64,000 bases of DNA from an uncultured Chloroflexia bacterium (GCA_963713975.1 OY970218.1:2304001-2368000), one strand, 5' to 3'; positions 48,688 through 59,242 are shown, counted from the first letter of the stretch. Numbers and translations are program-made. The notes: a model not told the origin generated them from the sequence alone.

Positions 48688-51600
48688 ATGAACCGGAGGC
48701 TGGTAGCCGCACTCGCCGGCTCCATCATGCTCGTTGCCACGATGCTGCCCGTGACGGCGATGGCGGCAGGCCCGACCCGCAAGGTCGAGCGAGTCCAGAT
48801 CGGCAACATCGATCCCTCGTTCCGCCCCTACCTGGCGGACACCAAGCGCCAGCTCACGGTGGTGCTCCAGCTGGCCGACGACCCGGCCCTCGCGGTCGAC
48901 GGGCTGTCGAAGGCGCAGCAGAAGACCCGTGCCGGGTCCCTGCGCACCAAGCAGCAGGGCCTGGACAAGAAGATCAGCGCCGCCGGCGGCAAGGTCACCG
49001 GCCGCTACCAGTACGCCTATAACGGCATCCGCGTCCGTGCCACCGGCAAGCGCCTGAAGGACCTCGCCGCGATCGCGGGCGTGGTCGCGATCCGGCCCCT
49101 CAAGACCTACACGATCGACAATGTCCGCGCCGTTCCGTACGTCGGTGCGCCCGCGGCATGGCAGGCCAACGGCGCCACCGGCGAAGGCGTGACGATCGCC
49201 GTCATCGACACCGGGATCGACTACACGCACGCCGACTTCGGGGGCCCCGGCACCTCGGCTGCCTACGACGCGAACAACCCGACCGTGATCGAGCCAGGCT
49301 CGTTCCCGACCGGCAAGGTCATCGCCGGCTACGACTTCGCCGGCAACGACTACAACGCGGACAGTGACGGCAGTGCCGCGACGCCCACCCCGGATGCGGA
49401 TCCCCTCGACTGCGGCGACCACGGCTCGCACGTCTCCGGCACCGCGGCCGGACAGGGCGTCCTTGCCAACCACTCGACCTACGCCGGACCCTATGACGAG
49501 TCCATCTACGCCGACAGTGGCAAGTTCACCGTGGGTCCGGGCGTGGCGCCCGAGGCCAAGCTTGTCGCCCTCAAGGTCTTCGGATGCGAGGGCTCCACGA
49601 GCCTCGTCGTCGACGCCCTCGAGTGGGTCGCCGCGTACAACGTGTCGCATGCCGATGGCATCGACGTCGTGAACATGTCGCTCGGCGCGCCGTTCGGCTC
49701 CAACACGGATCCCGACGCCATCGCCACCAACAACCTGGTCGATACGGGCGTCGTCGTCGTGGCATCCGCCGGCAACGAGAGCAGCGTTCCCTACATCACG
49801 GGCGCCCCGGCTGCGGCCACCCAGGCCATCTCGGTCGCCGCGCTCGACGCCTTCCCGACGGTGCCGCTCGCGACCGTGGATCTCCCCGGCGCCAACGACA
49901 TCCCGGGCATCAACCAGAACGCCTATCCGGCGTTGCCGGTGAGCGGCACGCTGCACGCGGTGACCCTCGCCCCCAACGAGTTGAGCCTCGGCTGCACCGC
50001 GGCCGACTACGACCCGGTCTCGGCCGGCAAGATCGTGGTGGTCCGGCGCGGTGTCTGCGCGTTCGTGGACAAGGGCGCCGCGGCCGAGGCGGCCGGGGCC
50101 ATCGGCATCATCGTCGTCAACCGTACCGACACGAACCCGGGCGAGTTGCCGACCTTCATCGGCTACAACCCCGAGATCTTCGAGATCCCGATGGTCGGGA
50201 CCGACCTGACCGCGGACGCGGCGTTGATCGCAGATGACGGCAACGCCGTGACTCTCAAGTCGGCCGGCAGTTCTCCGAACCCCACCTACCAGCAGATCGC
50301 CGACTTCAGCTCGTCCGGCCCGCGCTATGCCGACGGCTGGCTCAAGCCGGATGTGGCCGCTCCGGGCGTGAACCTGATGTCCGCCCTGAACGGTTCCGGC
50401 TGGAACGGCACCACCTACTCCGGCACCTCCATGGCCGCCCCGGTGACGGCCGGCGTGGCAGCCCTCGTTCGCGAGGCCCACCCCGCCTGGTCGCCGTTGC
50501 GGGTCAAGGCCGCTATCGCCAACACGGCGGATGCGAGCGACTCGATCGTCGACTACGACCCGCTGCGCTCCGGCGCCGGTGTCGTCCAGGCCGACCGCGC
50601 CGTGTCCACGGCCGTGCTGGCCACCACCAGCGATCGCACAGCGAGCCTGTCGTTCGGGTATGAGCCGGTTAACGGCTCCTACTCGGAGAGCAAGTGGATC
50701 AAGCTCACCAACACCGGTTCACGGGATGCCTGGTACACGCTCGAGGCATCCTCGCCGCTGGTCAAGGTCTACCCGTCCAAGGTCAAGGTCAGGGCTCGCA
50801 ACTCGACCTCGGTCCTGGTGCGCGCGTACCTGTCCAAGTCGCAGGTCGCGGCGCTCCCGTCGGCCGACCAGTTCCTGACCGGTGACATCGGCGGCCTGAG
50901 CACGCTGTCGGGCGTGGTGACCGCCACCCCGTACCGCACGAGCGCGGCCGGCGTCTACTCGCTCCGCGTGCCCTACCTGCTGGTCCCGCGCGGCCTGTCG
51001 GACGTGTCCGCGGAGTTCAAGGCACAGTCCTCGTCCAAGGGGCACTCGTCATCCACGAGTGACCTGGTCGGGGCGCTCTCGCTCCGGAACTCCGGTATCC
51101 ACAGCGGCTATGCCGACACCTACGCCCTCGGTGTCAAGGACGCCAAGGGTGATGGCACCAACGGCACCGACGTCCGCGCGGTGGGTGTCCAGACCCTGCC
51201 CGGCGAGGTGTTCGGTGCGGACGCTTCCGACCGGGGCATCCAGTTCGCGATCAACATGTACGACCGCTTCGCCACCGCCGCGCCGAACGAGGTCGACGTC
51301 GCGGTCGACACGGATGCTGACGGCCAGCCGGACTACTACGTGGTCGGCATCGACGATGGCCTCCTCTTCGCCGGGGCCTACGACGGCGTGTACATCAGCG
51401 TGATCTTCGACGCCGAGACGTTCGACATCGTCGACGCCTGGCTTGCCGACGCGCCGATGAACGGCTCGACGCTGATCCTGCCGGCTCTTGCCAGCGACCT
51501 CGGCCTGGCCGAGGGGTCCGGGTCGTTCACCTACTGGGTGGCGGCATATGACGGGTTCACGGGCGCGGTCGACGAGACCGGTGTCTCCGCTGCGTTCGAC

Positions 51601-51804
51601 GCCTACGCCCCGGCGCAGTCCACGGGCGACTTCGTCGAGGTGCCCGCCAAGGGCAAGGTCAGTGTTCCCGCGTCGGCCACCAAGCCCGGCAAGGACTTTG
51701 GGGGATGGATGGTCGTCACCATGGACGACCGGAATGGCGCCAGCCAGGCTGACATCGTCCTGCCACCCAAGGACCACGGTCACGATCACGGCCACGGCCA
51801 CTGA
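48688..51804 (+). CDS. Secreted S8 subtilase (Vpr-like; I9 propeptide, PA domain)
   Basis: Signal peptide; catalytic triad VIDTGID, HGSHVSG and GTSMAAP; PA motif RRGVCAF..K; His-rich tail. Confidence 0.93.
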   Translation: MNRRLVAALAGSIMLVATMLPVTAMAAGPTRKVERVQIGNIDPSFRPYLADTKRQLTVVLQLADDPALAVDGLSKAQQKTRAGSLRTKQQGLDKKISAAGGKVTGRYQYAYNGIRVRATGKRLKDLAAIAGVVAIRPLKTYTIDNVRAVPYVGAPAAWQANGATGEGVTIAVIDTGIDYTHADFGGPGTSAAYDANNPTVIEPGSFPTGKVIAGYDFAGNDYNADSDGSAATPTPDADPLDCGDHGSHVSGTAAGQGVLANHSTYAGPYDESIYADSGKFTVGPGVAPEAKLVALKVFGCEGSTSLVVDALEWVAAYNVSHADGIDVVNMSLGAPFGSNTDPDAIATNNLVDTGVVVVASAGNESSVPYITGAPAAATQAISVAALDAFPTVPLATVDLPGANDIPGINQNAYPALPVSGTLHAVTLAPNELSLGCTAADYDPVSAGKIVVVRRGVCAFVDKGAAAEAAGAIGIIVVNRTDTNPGELPTFIGYNPEIFEIPMVGTDLTADAALIADDGNAVTLKSAGSSPNPTYQQIADFSSSGPRYADGWLKPDVAAPGVNLMSALNGSGWNGTTYSGTSMAAPVTAGVAALVREAHPAWSPLRVKAAIANTADASDSIVDYDPLRSGAGVVQADRAVSTAVLATTSDRTASLSFGYEPVNGSYSESKWIKLTNTGSRDAWYTLEASSPLVKVYPSKVKVRARNSTSVLVRAYLSKSQVAALPSADQFLTGDIGGLSTLSGVVTATPYRTSAAGVYSLRVPYLLVPRGLSDVSAEFKAQSSSKGHSSSTSDLVGALSLRNSGIHSGYADTYALGVKDAKGDGTNGTDVRAVGVQTLPGEVFGADASDRGIQFAINMYDRFATAAPNEVDVAVDTDADGQPDYYVVGIDDGLLFAGAYDGVYISVIFDAETFDIVDAWLADAPMNGSTLILPALASDLGLAEGSGSFTYWVAAYDGFTGAVDETGVSAAFDAYAPAQSTGDFVEVPAKGKVSVPASATKPGKDFGGWMVVTMDDRNGASQADIVLPPKDHGHDHGHGH

Positions 51805-51859
51805 GCATCGGCCAACCGGCCATCGGCCGGCAGCATTCTGGCGCAACACGGTGCTCGGC

Positions 51860-52378
51860 TCAGCCCGGGCCCGGCGGATCCTCGCACCACCTGACGTCAC
51901 CCTGCTGGGTGGCCCGGTAGTCGTAGCGCTGCCCGCCGGCCTCCACGACGACGCGGTAGCCCGGGGTGACCGCATCCGTGTACATGAACCCGCGCACCGG
52001 GCACCCCAGGGCGCCGTTGGGCCAGGTCATGGACTGGGTCGATACGACCGTGACCGTCGTCGGGTCCACGCCGGCGCGGGCCGCCGCGTCGTCCACGGCC
52101 GCCTGGATCACGTCGGGCGGGACCCCCTCGCCGGGGTCCCCCGAGCCCGGGAGAACGGGCACCCGAGTGATCCCCGGCTTCACGGTGACGTCAGGGACGG
52201 GGGTGAGGTCCGCGCCGCCGGCCGGGGAGGTGGCCGTCTCCGCTGGTTCATCGGTGGGTGCAGCGGGGCTCGCCGGGGTGGCGCCGCCCGCAGCGCAGCC
52301 GGCGGCCGAGAGGGCCAGGAGCGCTGAGATCGCGAGTCCGCGGGCGATGCTCCCGCGCGTTCCGGTGCTGGTCTTCAT
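51860..52378 (-). CDS. Hypothetical lipoprotein
   Basis: Lipobox AAGC, Pro/Thr linker and TWPNGALGCP..GFMYT.AVTPGY domain. Confidence 0.78.
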   Translation of the reverse strand: MKTSTGTRGSIARGLAISALLALSAAGCAAGGATPASPAAPTDEPAETATSPAGGADLTPVPDVTVKPGITRVPVLPGSGDPGEGVPPDVIQAAVDDAAARAGVDPTTVTVVSTQSMTWPNGALGCPVRGFMYTDAVTPGYRVVVEAGGQRYDYRATQQGDVRWCEDPPGPG

Positions 52379-52498
52379 GCCGATCGGACGGTCTCCTTTG
52401 CGCCGTGGTTCCACGGAGGCCTCCCGATTCCACCATACGCGGCCGGATCACGTCGACTCGCCGGCGGGAGCCCGGTGGCACGGTAGACTGCGGCCGTC

Positions 52499-53461
52499 GT
52501 GCTGCCCCTCGTCGCCTCCCGTGCCGTCATCGAGCTGGCGTTCAGCCCCATCGTCGCGATCGGGGACTGGAACATCCGCCTCGAGATCATCGCCATTGCC
52601 GGCGTGGTCTTCATGGCACTCGTGGTGGCCGCTGTCGTCGCCCGGCGCACCCCGGTGGACATGGCGCGGCCCGCCGATGCGCCCGGAGCGAACCCGGGCG
52701 AGCGGAACCACCTTCGCGCCGACGACCTGTTCTACATCGCCGTGGCGGCCGTGCCCGGCGCCGTGGTCGGGGCCCGCATCGGCTACGTCCTCGTGCATCT
52801 CGACTACTACCAGGCGACCCGGGTGTCGGTCCTCGACCTGAGCCAAGGCGGGCTGGAGCTCGCGCTCGGTGTCGTCGGCGGGATCCTCAGCGCAGCGATC
52901 GTGGCGGCCATGCTGGATGCCCCGCTGGGTCGCTGGATGCACGCCGCGGCGGTCCCACTGCTGCTGGCGCTTGCGGGCGGCAAGGCGGCCATGATCCTGG
53001 GCGGCAGCGGTCAGGGCCAGCTCTCGGACGCCTCCTGGGCCACCGCCTACGTCTCACCGGGACCCTGGGGATCCCTCGCGCCGGCGCTGCCCGCCAACCC
53101 GTCGCAGGCCTACGAGTCGATCGCGACCGTCATCGTCCTCGTCGTCCTGATGTCGCTCGTCGTGCTGGGCGTGTTCCGCAGCCGCAACGGCGAGGCGCTT
53201 CTGGTAGGCGTCGCGGCGTGGGCCAGCGCGCGCGCGGTCGTGGCCACGACGTGGAGGGACCCGGTCGTGCTGGGGCCGCTGCGGGCAGACCAGGTCATCT
53301 CGATCTCGATCGCGGTCGGCGCCGTGCTGCTGCTCCTCCTCGTCCGGAGGACGGTCGCGGCCCGTGCGCGACGCGTGCCGGCGGGCGATGGTGACGGGAC
53401 GGCGGCGGACGCCGGCGGCGGACCGGACTGGCCGGATCCGGAGTCACGGCCGCTGATCTGA
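52499..53461 (+). CDS. Lgt-family membrane protein, divergent paralog
   Basis: GARIGYV, GGL and PSQAYE retained; the GRxGNFxNxE signature is replaced by GKAAMILGGSGQG. Confidence 0.75.
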   Translation: MLPLVASRAVIELAFSPIVAIGDWNIRLEIIAIAGVVFMALVVAAVVARRTPVDMARPADAPGANPGERNHLRADDLFYIAVAAVPGAVVGARIGYVLVHLDYYQATRVSVLDLSQGGLELALGVVGGILSAAIVAAMLDAPLGRWMHAAAVPLLLALAGGKAAMILGGSGQGQLSDASWATAYVSPGPWGSLAPALPANPSQAYESIATVIVLVVLMSLVVLGVFRSRNGEALLVGVAAWASARAVVATTWRDPVVLGPLRADQVISISIAVGAVLLLLLVRRTVAARARRVPAGDGDGTAADAGGGPDWPDPESRPLI

Positions 53462-53476
53462 CGGCGCATTCCCGGG

Positions 53477-54694
53477 CTACAGGGCCGCCCACAGGACGCC
53501 AGTCAGCTCCTCGTCGGTGAGCACGACCGGGTTCGTGCGCATGGAGCTGCCGCGGGCGTCGGCGACGATCGCGGGGATGCCTGTCTCGTCGAGACCGAAG
53601 GCACGCAGCCCCGGGGTGCCCAGGGATGCCGTCCAGGTCCGCAGGGATCCCACCAGGGCCGCGCGGGCCCCGTCGGCCGGCGTCTGATGCGGGAGGCGCG
53701 CCAGCAGTCGTCCCAGCGTGGCGTACCTGCCGAGGGCCGGTGACGCGGGCGAGCGTGCCTCCAGGGCGGCCACGTTCGCTGCCGTGATCCCGGCCAGGGT
53801 CGCGCCGCAGGCGATGCCGTGGGGGATGGGCAGCTGTGCACCGAGCGGCGACGCGAGGCCATGGACCCCGCCGAGACCCGCGTGGGCAAGGCAGATCCCG
53901 GATAGCAGGGCCGCATACGCCATACGGGACCGCGCCGCGGGTGCGTCCGGGCCCTCGGGATCCGCGTGCCAGGCCAGCAGGCCATCGCGTGCCGCCTCCA
54001 GCCCCGCGAGGGCAAGGGCGTCCGTGATGGGCCCGGCGTTCGTGGAGACATACGCCTCCAGCAGCTGCGTGACGGCATCCATGCCGTTGGCGGCGATCCG
54101 CACCGGGTCTGCGCCGGCCAGCAGGTCCGGGTCCACGATCGCGTCGGCCGCCACCAGCCGCTCGTCGCGGAACGAGCGCTTGTAGCCCTGCGGTCCACGC
54201 TCGGTGATGACAGCGTTGCGCGTGGCCTCGCTGCCCGTGCCTGCCGTTGTCGGGACGGCAACCAGCGGGACGGGCATTCCCTCGTAGGCGCGATAGCCGG
54301 GCAGCCCTTCGAGGTGGTCGACGACGCTGGCACCGGAGCGGACCAGCCCGGCGATCGCCTTCGCGGCATCCAGGACGCTGCCACCGCCGACGCCGAGGAC
54401 CACATCGACGGCCGCCGTTCGGTTCGCACCGATCGCCGCATCGACCACGGCGGGGGAGGGCTCGTCCGTGATTGCCACCTCGCCCGCGACCGTGACCCCG
54501 GCCGCCGCCAGACCCGACAGGAGCGCTTCGCGCCGCCCCGAGGCCGCCAGGGACCTGCCGCCGGTCACCAGCAGCACGCGGGACCCGTGGCGCGCCACGA
54601 TCTCGGGGACGCGGGCGACTGACCCGCTCCCGAAGGTGATCCGCGGGATGCGCCCGAGGGCGAAGGAGGGGATGGACCCGTCCTCGCCGCTCAC
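53477..54694 (-). CDS. Iron-containing alcohol dehydrogenase
   Basis: GGGSVLDAAKA, PTTAGTGSEAT, GMDA..Q..E, HGLA and HGIAC; GTGA overlap. Confidence 0.92.
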   Translation of the reverse strand: MSGEDGSIPSFALGRIPRITFGSGSVARVPEIVARHGSRVLLVTGGRSLAASGRREALLSGLAAAGVTVAGEVAITDEPSPAVVDAAIGANRTAAVDVVLGVGGGSVLDAAKAIAGLVRSGASVVDHLEGLPGYRAYEGMPVPLVAVPTTAGTGSEATRNAVITERGPQGYKRSFRDERLVAADAIVDPDLLAGADPVRIAANGMDAVTQLLEAYVSTNAGPITDALALAGLEAARDGLLAWHADPEGPDAPAARSRMAYAALLSGICLAHAGLGGVHGLASPLGAQLPIPHGIACGATLAGITAANVAALEARSPASPALGRYATLGRLLARLPHQTPADGARAALVGSLRTWTASLGTPGLRAFGLDETGIPAIVADARGSSMRTNPVVLTDEELTGVLWAAL

Positions 54695-54996
54695 GACGCC
54701 GGTGTCTCCGGGCAGAGGCCCTCGTAGCGCACGCCGTGGCGGGGCTCGACGAACCAGTCGGCGACCGTGTCGCGCCAGGTTGCGTAGTGGGTCGTGGCCT
54801 TGTGGGCCTTCGCGGCGGCCTCGTCGACGTACCACTCGTACAGGACGAACCTGGTCGGGTCCTCCGCGGACCGCAGGACATCGAAGCGGAGGTTGCCCGG
54901 CTCGCGCACGGAGGCCTCGTGGTTGGCACGCGTCGCCGCGAACCACTCGTCGGCATCATCAGGCTTGACGTGGCAGTGGACGAGGGTCACGAACAT
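54691..54996 (-). CDS. ABM-domain protein (LsrG-like)
   Basis: EPGNLRFDV, F.LYE.Y and AHK.T.HY..W. Confidence 0.88.
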   Translation of the reverse strand: MFVTLVHCHVKPDDADEWFAATRANHEASVREPGNLRFDVLRSAEDPTRFVLYEWYVDEAAAKAHKATTHYATWRDTVADWFVEPRHGVRYEGLCPETPAS

Positions 54997-55192
54997 CGGG
55001 AGGCTCCATCGGGTGGCGGCGGGTTGCGCACCGAATCTATGCCTTTCGACCGGCCGGCACCGACCACGGTGGGTCGGGTGGGCCCTCCGGCACGGCCACG
55101 CCGGGACGAGATCCCCCCGGACGGCACTGTCCGCGCCGGGACGCAGGTCCGAGGCTGGCGATCATCGGTGCACTCATCCCGGAGGACCGTCC

Positions 55193-55606
55193 ATGGCCCG
55201 TCAGTTCGTCGTCCAGCTCGACAACCACCCCGGAGAGCTCGCGCAGCTGTCGCGGTCCTTTGCGCAGCGCGGCGTCCAGATCCATCACGCGGCCTGTGCC
55301 GGGACGGGCCCGCTGCAGTGCATGTTCGTGACGTTCACCGATGACGATGCGGCGCGCTCCGTCCTGCGCGGTCTCGGCCACGAGTTCATCGAGGGCGAGC
55401 CGGTCATGGTCGAGATCCCCGACGAGCCGGGCAGTCTGGGCGTGGTCAGCCAGAAGCTCGCCGATGCCGGCGTGAACGTGACGGGGGTCATCCAGGCGGG
55501 CCGCAAGCCCGGCAAGCTCGAGATGGCGTTCTGCGTCGATGACGAGTGCAAGGCCCGCGAGGCGCTGGGCCTGCATGTCGAGGATTGCGTCGGCTGCACG
55601 GACTGA
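55193..55606 (+). CDS. Tandem ACT domain protein
   Basis: LDNHPGELA..GVQI and IPDEPGSLG..LADAGVNV; GGAGGA SD. Confidence 0.85.
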   Translation: MARQFVVQLDNHPGELAQLSRSFAQRGVQIHHAACAGTGPLQCMFVTFTDDDAARSVLRGLGHEFIEGEPVMVEIPDEPGSLGVVSQKLADAGVNVTGVIQAGRKPGKLEMAFCVDDECKAREALGLHVEDCVGCTD

Positions 55607-55711
55607 CGGGCGACTGACAGCCCTGCGGGTACAGCAGGGCCCGTACGTGGAACGGCGGCCCGCCCCCTGGGTCGAGCCGCCGTGGTGGGGCCGTCTGCCC
55701 TCGGTTGAGCG

Positions 55712-57106
55712 TCAGGATTTGCGGGCGTAGTCCGCGCGGCCACGCTTGATGAACTTGCCGTGTCCGGCGGGACCGGTCCACGCGCCATCACGGACCACGA
55801 TGGTGCCGCGGGACATCACCACGTCGGAGCCGCCCTTGACCTCCATGCCCTCGTAGCAGCTGTAGTCCACGTCCATGTGATGGGTCTTCGCCGACAACAC
55901 GTGGGCGCGGTCCGGGTCGTAGACCACGATGTCGGCATCGCTGCCGACCGCGATCGCGCCCTTCTGCGGGTACATCCCGAAGATCTTCGCGGGCGCCGTC
56001 GAGACCACCTCGACCCAGCGCTCCCTGGTCAGCTTCCCGTCGTTGACCGCCTGGTGCATCAGGTCAACCCGCTCCTCGACGCCGGGGAGGCCGTTGGGGA
56101 CCTTGCGGAAGTCGCCGCGTCCCATCTCCTTCTGGCCGTGGAAGTCGAACGGGCAGTGGTCCGTCCCGATGAGCTGGAGATCATCGCGCTTGAGCGCATT
56201 CCAGAGCTCCACGGCGTGGTCCTTGGTACGCAGGGGCGGCGAGCACACGAACTTGGCGCCCTCGAACCCGTTGCCGAGGTCGTCGAGCGTCAGGTACAGG
56301 TACTGCGGGCAGGTCTCCGCCCAGGCCATCGCGCCGCGGTTGCGCGCGGCCATCAGGGACTCGAGCGCCTCCTTCGCGGACATGTGCACGAAGTAGACGG
56401 GGACGCCCGCGACCTCGGCGAGCCGGATCATCCGGGTGGTCGCCTCGCCCTCGAGGCGCGAGTCGCGAGCGAGGCCGTGGCCGATGGGATCGGTCACGCC
56501 TGCGTCGATCTGCGCGGCCGCCAGGATGTCGATCACCGGGCCGTTCTCGGCATGCATCAGGATGAGGCCGCCGTTCTTCTTCGTCTGCTGCATCGCCCGG
56601 AAGATGTGGTCGTCCGGGGAGAGGAAGACGCCCGGATAGGCGGTGAACAGCTTGAAGTCCGGGACGCCCTCCTCGACCAGCTGGTCCATCTCGGCCAGGG
56701 TCGCGTCGTTGACGTCCGACATGATCATGTGGAAGCCATAGTCGAGGACGGCCTTGCCTGCGGCCTTCTCGTGCCAGACCTCAAGGCCCTCGTGGAGCGG
56801 CTGGCCCTTCGACTGGACGGCGAAGTCCACGATGGACGTCGTCCCACCGAACGCGGCCGCCCGGGTGCCCGTCTCGAAGGTGTCCTTCGCGAACGTGCCG
56901 CCGAAGGGCAGCTCCATGTGGGTGTGGGCGTCGATGCCGCCCGGGATCACGTACTTGCCCGTCGCATCGATCGTCTCGTCCGCGGTGACGCCGGCGGCGG
57001 CCAGGTCCACGCCGATCTGGGCAATCAGCTCGCCGTCGATGAGCACGTCGCCTGGGTACGAGCCGTCTGCCGTCACGATCAGGCCGTTGGTGATCAGGGT
57101 GCGCAT
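55712..57106 (-). CDS. hydA: Dihydropyrimidinase
   Basis: PGGIDAHTH, GGTT, FKLF, HAENG, ETCPQY, CSPPLR, TDHCPF and PNGLPGVE. Confidence 0.95.
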   Translation of the reverse strand: MRTLITNGLIVTADGSYPGDVLIDGELIAQIGVDLAAAGVTADETIDATGKYVIPGGIDAHTHMELPFGGTFAKDTFETGTRAAAFGGTTSIVDFAVQSKGQPLHEGLEVWHEKAAGKAVLDYGFHMIMSDVNDATLAEMDQLVEEGVPDFKLFTAYPGVFLSPDDHIFRAMQQTKKNGGLILMHAENGPVIDILAAAQIDAGVTDPIGHGLARDSRLEGEATTRMIRLAEVAGVPVYFVHMSAKEALESLMAARNRGAMAWAETCPQYLYLTLDDLGNGFEGAKFVCSPPLRTKDHAVELWNALKRDDLQLIGTDHCPFDFHGQKEMGRGDFRKVPNGLPGVEERVDLMHQAVNDGKLTRERWVEVVSTAPAKIFGMYPQKGAIAVGSDADIVVYDPDRAHVLSAKTHHMDVDYSCYEGMEVKGGSDVVMSRGTIVVRDGAWTGPAGHGKFIKRGRADYARKS

Positions 57107-57272
57107 GAGTCCTCCTCGGGGTCGATTCCCGCCGGGCGCGCCGGCGCGGGGACGCTTGGCGTGCCTACATCGTAGCCACGTTGGGGTGGCCGGTGGGGCC
57201 GTGTTTGACGTGGCCTCCGGGGCCGGGCACCCTCAAGGGGCCAGGGCGGCCCGCCCAACCCAGGGAGGAGCG

Positions 57273-57687
57273 ATGGAACCGCCCCCGGCGGCCCAGGTTC
57301 CGGTCCGCTACCGCACTCGCGACCGGGTGGCGATCGCGATCCTCGTCACGGTGATCGCGCCATTCACGGCGCTGGCATGGCCGTTCGCGCTCATCACTGG
57401 GCTCGTCATCGGCCGCGCGCAGGTGGGCAGGCTGCAGGGCGAGACCCCTTCCATCGCCGAGCGGGCGATCCGTGTCCTTGCGGTGACCGGCGGCGTCGTG
57501 GGGATGATGGTGTTCGGCCTGATCCTCGGCGGCCTCGTCTCGTTCCTGATCGCGGCGCTGGCCCCATTGTCCGTGCAGCGGGCCGCCGGTGGGACACCGC
57601 GCCAGAAGGCAGGGGCCACGCTGTTGCTGGTGACGCTGCCGACGCTCGTCTGGCTCCTGGTGTTCTCCGGCCCCCCCGGTCCGCTGA
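57273..57687 (+). CDS. Hypothetical membrane protein (probable 1-nt frameshift in a C7 run; runs to 57812 as given)
   Basis: GGAGGAG SD and about 4 TM segments. Deleting one C at 57671-57677 puts the TGA at 57685-57687 in frame and removes the overlap with the opposite gene. Confidence 0.6.
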
Positions 57688-57708
57688 CGCTGGTCCGCAG
57701 AGGCGGCT

Positions 57709-57918
57709 TCAGCCGAGCGGTAGCGCAACGGGGATTCCCACGGCGGCGGTCATCCCAAGCTGGACGAGCCAGGCGAACGTCGCTGCGCCCACCGCCGCTA
57801 TGGCGGCCGTGAAGGCGAGCGTGGCCATGGACTTCCGGCGCCGTTGCTCCCGGCGCGCTGCGGGACCGTCCGTCTCCCAGTAGGGATCGCGACGGGAGAA
57901 GTGAGAGCGAACGGACAA
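57709..57918 (-). CDS. 69-aa small membrane protein
   Basis: GGAGGT + 5 nt + TTG start; MSVRSHFSRRDPYWETDGPAARREQRRRKS then a hydrophobic C-terminus. Confidence 0.6.
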   Translation of the reverse strand: MSVRSHFSRRDPYWETDGPAARREQRRRKSMATLAFTAAIAAVGAATFAWLVQLGMTAAVGIPVALPLG

Positions 57919-58110
57919 GACGGCACCTCCAGCGCGACGAGTGTCCACCCTGCCGGCCCCGCGGCGCGAGGGGGACCTCCTTCCCCTGACCCCATACCGG
58001 ACCACCCCGGACCCAATCGCCGGGCAGCCGGCTCCGGTGATCCCCGGGGATGGCGGTGCGCCGGGGCACCGGTACCCGGCGGGCGGCCGACGCGTGGGCC
58101 CCCAGGGGGC

Positions 58111-59121
58111 TCAGTACACCGCGGGCGCCACGTCGCGCATGGCCGGGATGATCTCCCTGCCGTAGAGCTCCAGCTGCTCTTCTTCGTTCCCGTTCATCAG
58201 GTACAGGTTGAACTGGTTGACGCCCGCGTCGGCGAGGGCCCGCAGCCGCTCGATGTGCTGCGCCGGCGTTCCGACCAGGCAGAACCGGTCCACGATGTCG
58301 TCCGTCACGAACGAGGCGTTGGAGCTGCCGACCTCGGCGTGGTGGAGGTAGTCGTAACTCTCGCGATCGTGGATGTAAGCCGTGAGCTCTTCGGGCAGGT
58401 CCTCGCGGGGATACTTGTTGACCAGGTCCACCACGTGATTGCCGACGAGGGCAGGGAACCAGCGGGTGCGGTCGCGGCCATCGGCGAGGTCGCCCACGTG
58501 CGCCGGCGCCGCCGCCATGACCTGGACGTGGTCAGGATCGCGTCCCGCGGCCGCGGCCGATTCGCGCACCTGGGACACGAACCACCGGATCAGATCCGGG
58601 TCCCCGATCTGGAGCATCGCCCCGTCAGCGATCCGCCCGGTCAGCTTGAGCGCCACCGGGCCGTACCCGGCGATCCACACCGGGAGCGGGTGCCCGGGCG
58701 TCCAGGGCAGCTCCAGCATCGTGCCCTCGAACTCGATAGCGCGTCCCTCGACGAGTGCCCGGATGACGTGGACCGCCTGCTCCAGGTCCTTCATGGTCGT
58801 GGGGGCCTTGCCCAGCACGCGGCGCGCGGAATTGCCACGGCCGATGCCGAGGTCCATCCGTCCGCCCGAGAGTTCGTTGATGACCGTGAGGGCCGAGGCC
58901 GTGACCGTGGGCTCGCGGGTCGCCGGGTTGGTGACGCAGGTGCCCAGGCGCATCCGCTCGGTGGCCTGGGCCATGAGCGTGAGCAGGGGATATGGATCCC
59001 GCCACAGGACGTGGCTGTCGAACAGCCAGCCGTAGTCGAAACCCGCCGCCTCTGCCTGTCGGGTGAGGGCGATCGTCCGCTCGATCGAGTGCTCTGGCTT
59101 GATTGTGAACCCGAACTGCAT
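58111..59121 (-). CDS. LLM-class putative F420-dependent oxidoreductase (TIGR03842-like)
   Basis: AEAAGFDYGWLFDSHVLW, GTCVTNP.TR, GIGRGNSA and AGYGP..L..TG..ADG; located next to hydA. Confidence 0.85.
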   Translation of the reverse strand: MQFGFTIKPEHSIERTIALTRQAEAAGFDYGWLFDSHVLWRDPYPLLTLMAQATERMRLGTCVTNPATREPTVTASALTVINELSGGRMDLGIGRGNSARRVLGKAPTTMKDLEQAVHVIRALVEGRAIEFEGTMLELPWTPGHPLPVWIAGYGPVALKLTGRIADGAMLQIGDPDLIRWFVSQVRESAAAAGRDPDHVQVMAAAPAHVGDLADGRDRTRWFPALVGNHVVDLVNKYPREDLPEELTAYIHDRESYDYLHHAEVGSSNASFVTDDIVDRFCLVGTPAQHIERLRALADAGVNQFNLYLMNGNEEEQLELYGREIIPAMRDVAPAVY

Positions 59122-59242
59122 GTGGTCCTCCTGTGGGGGCCCGGGAGAATCAAGCGGCTCGGCTGCCCTCCTCCTTGGCAGCCGAGCCGCGCGGGATCAT
59201 ACCGGACGTCGCCGGTCCGGCAACCGTGCCGTTCGGCCCTGC

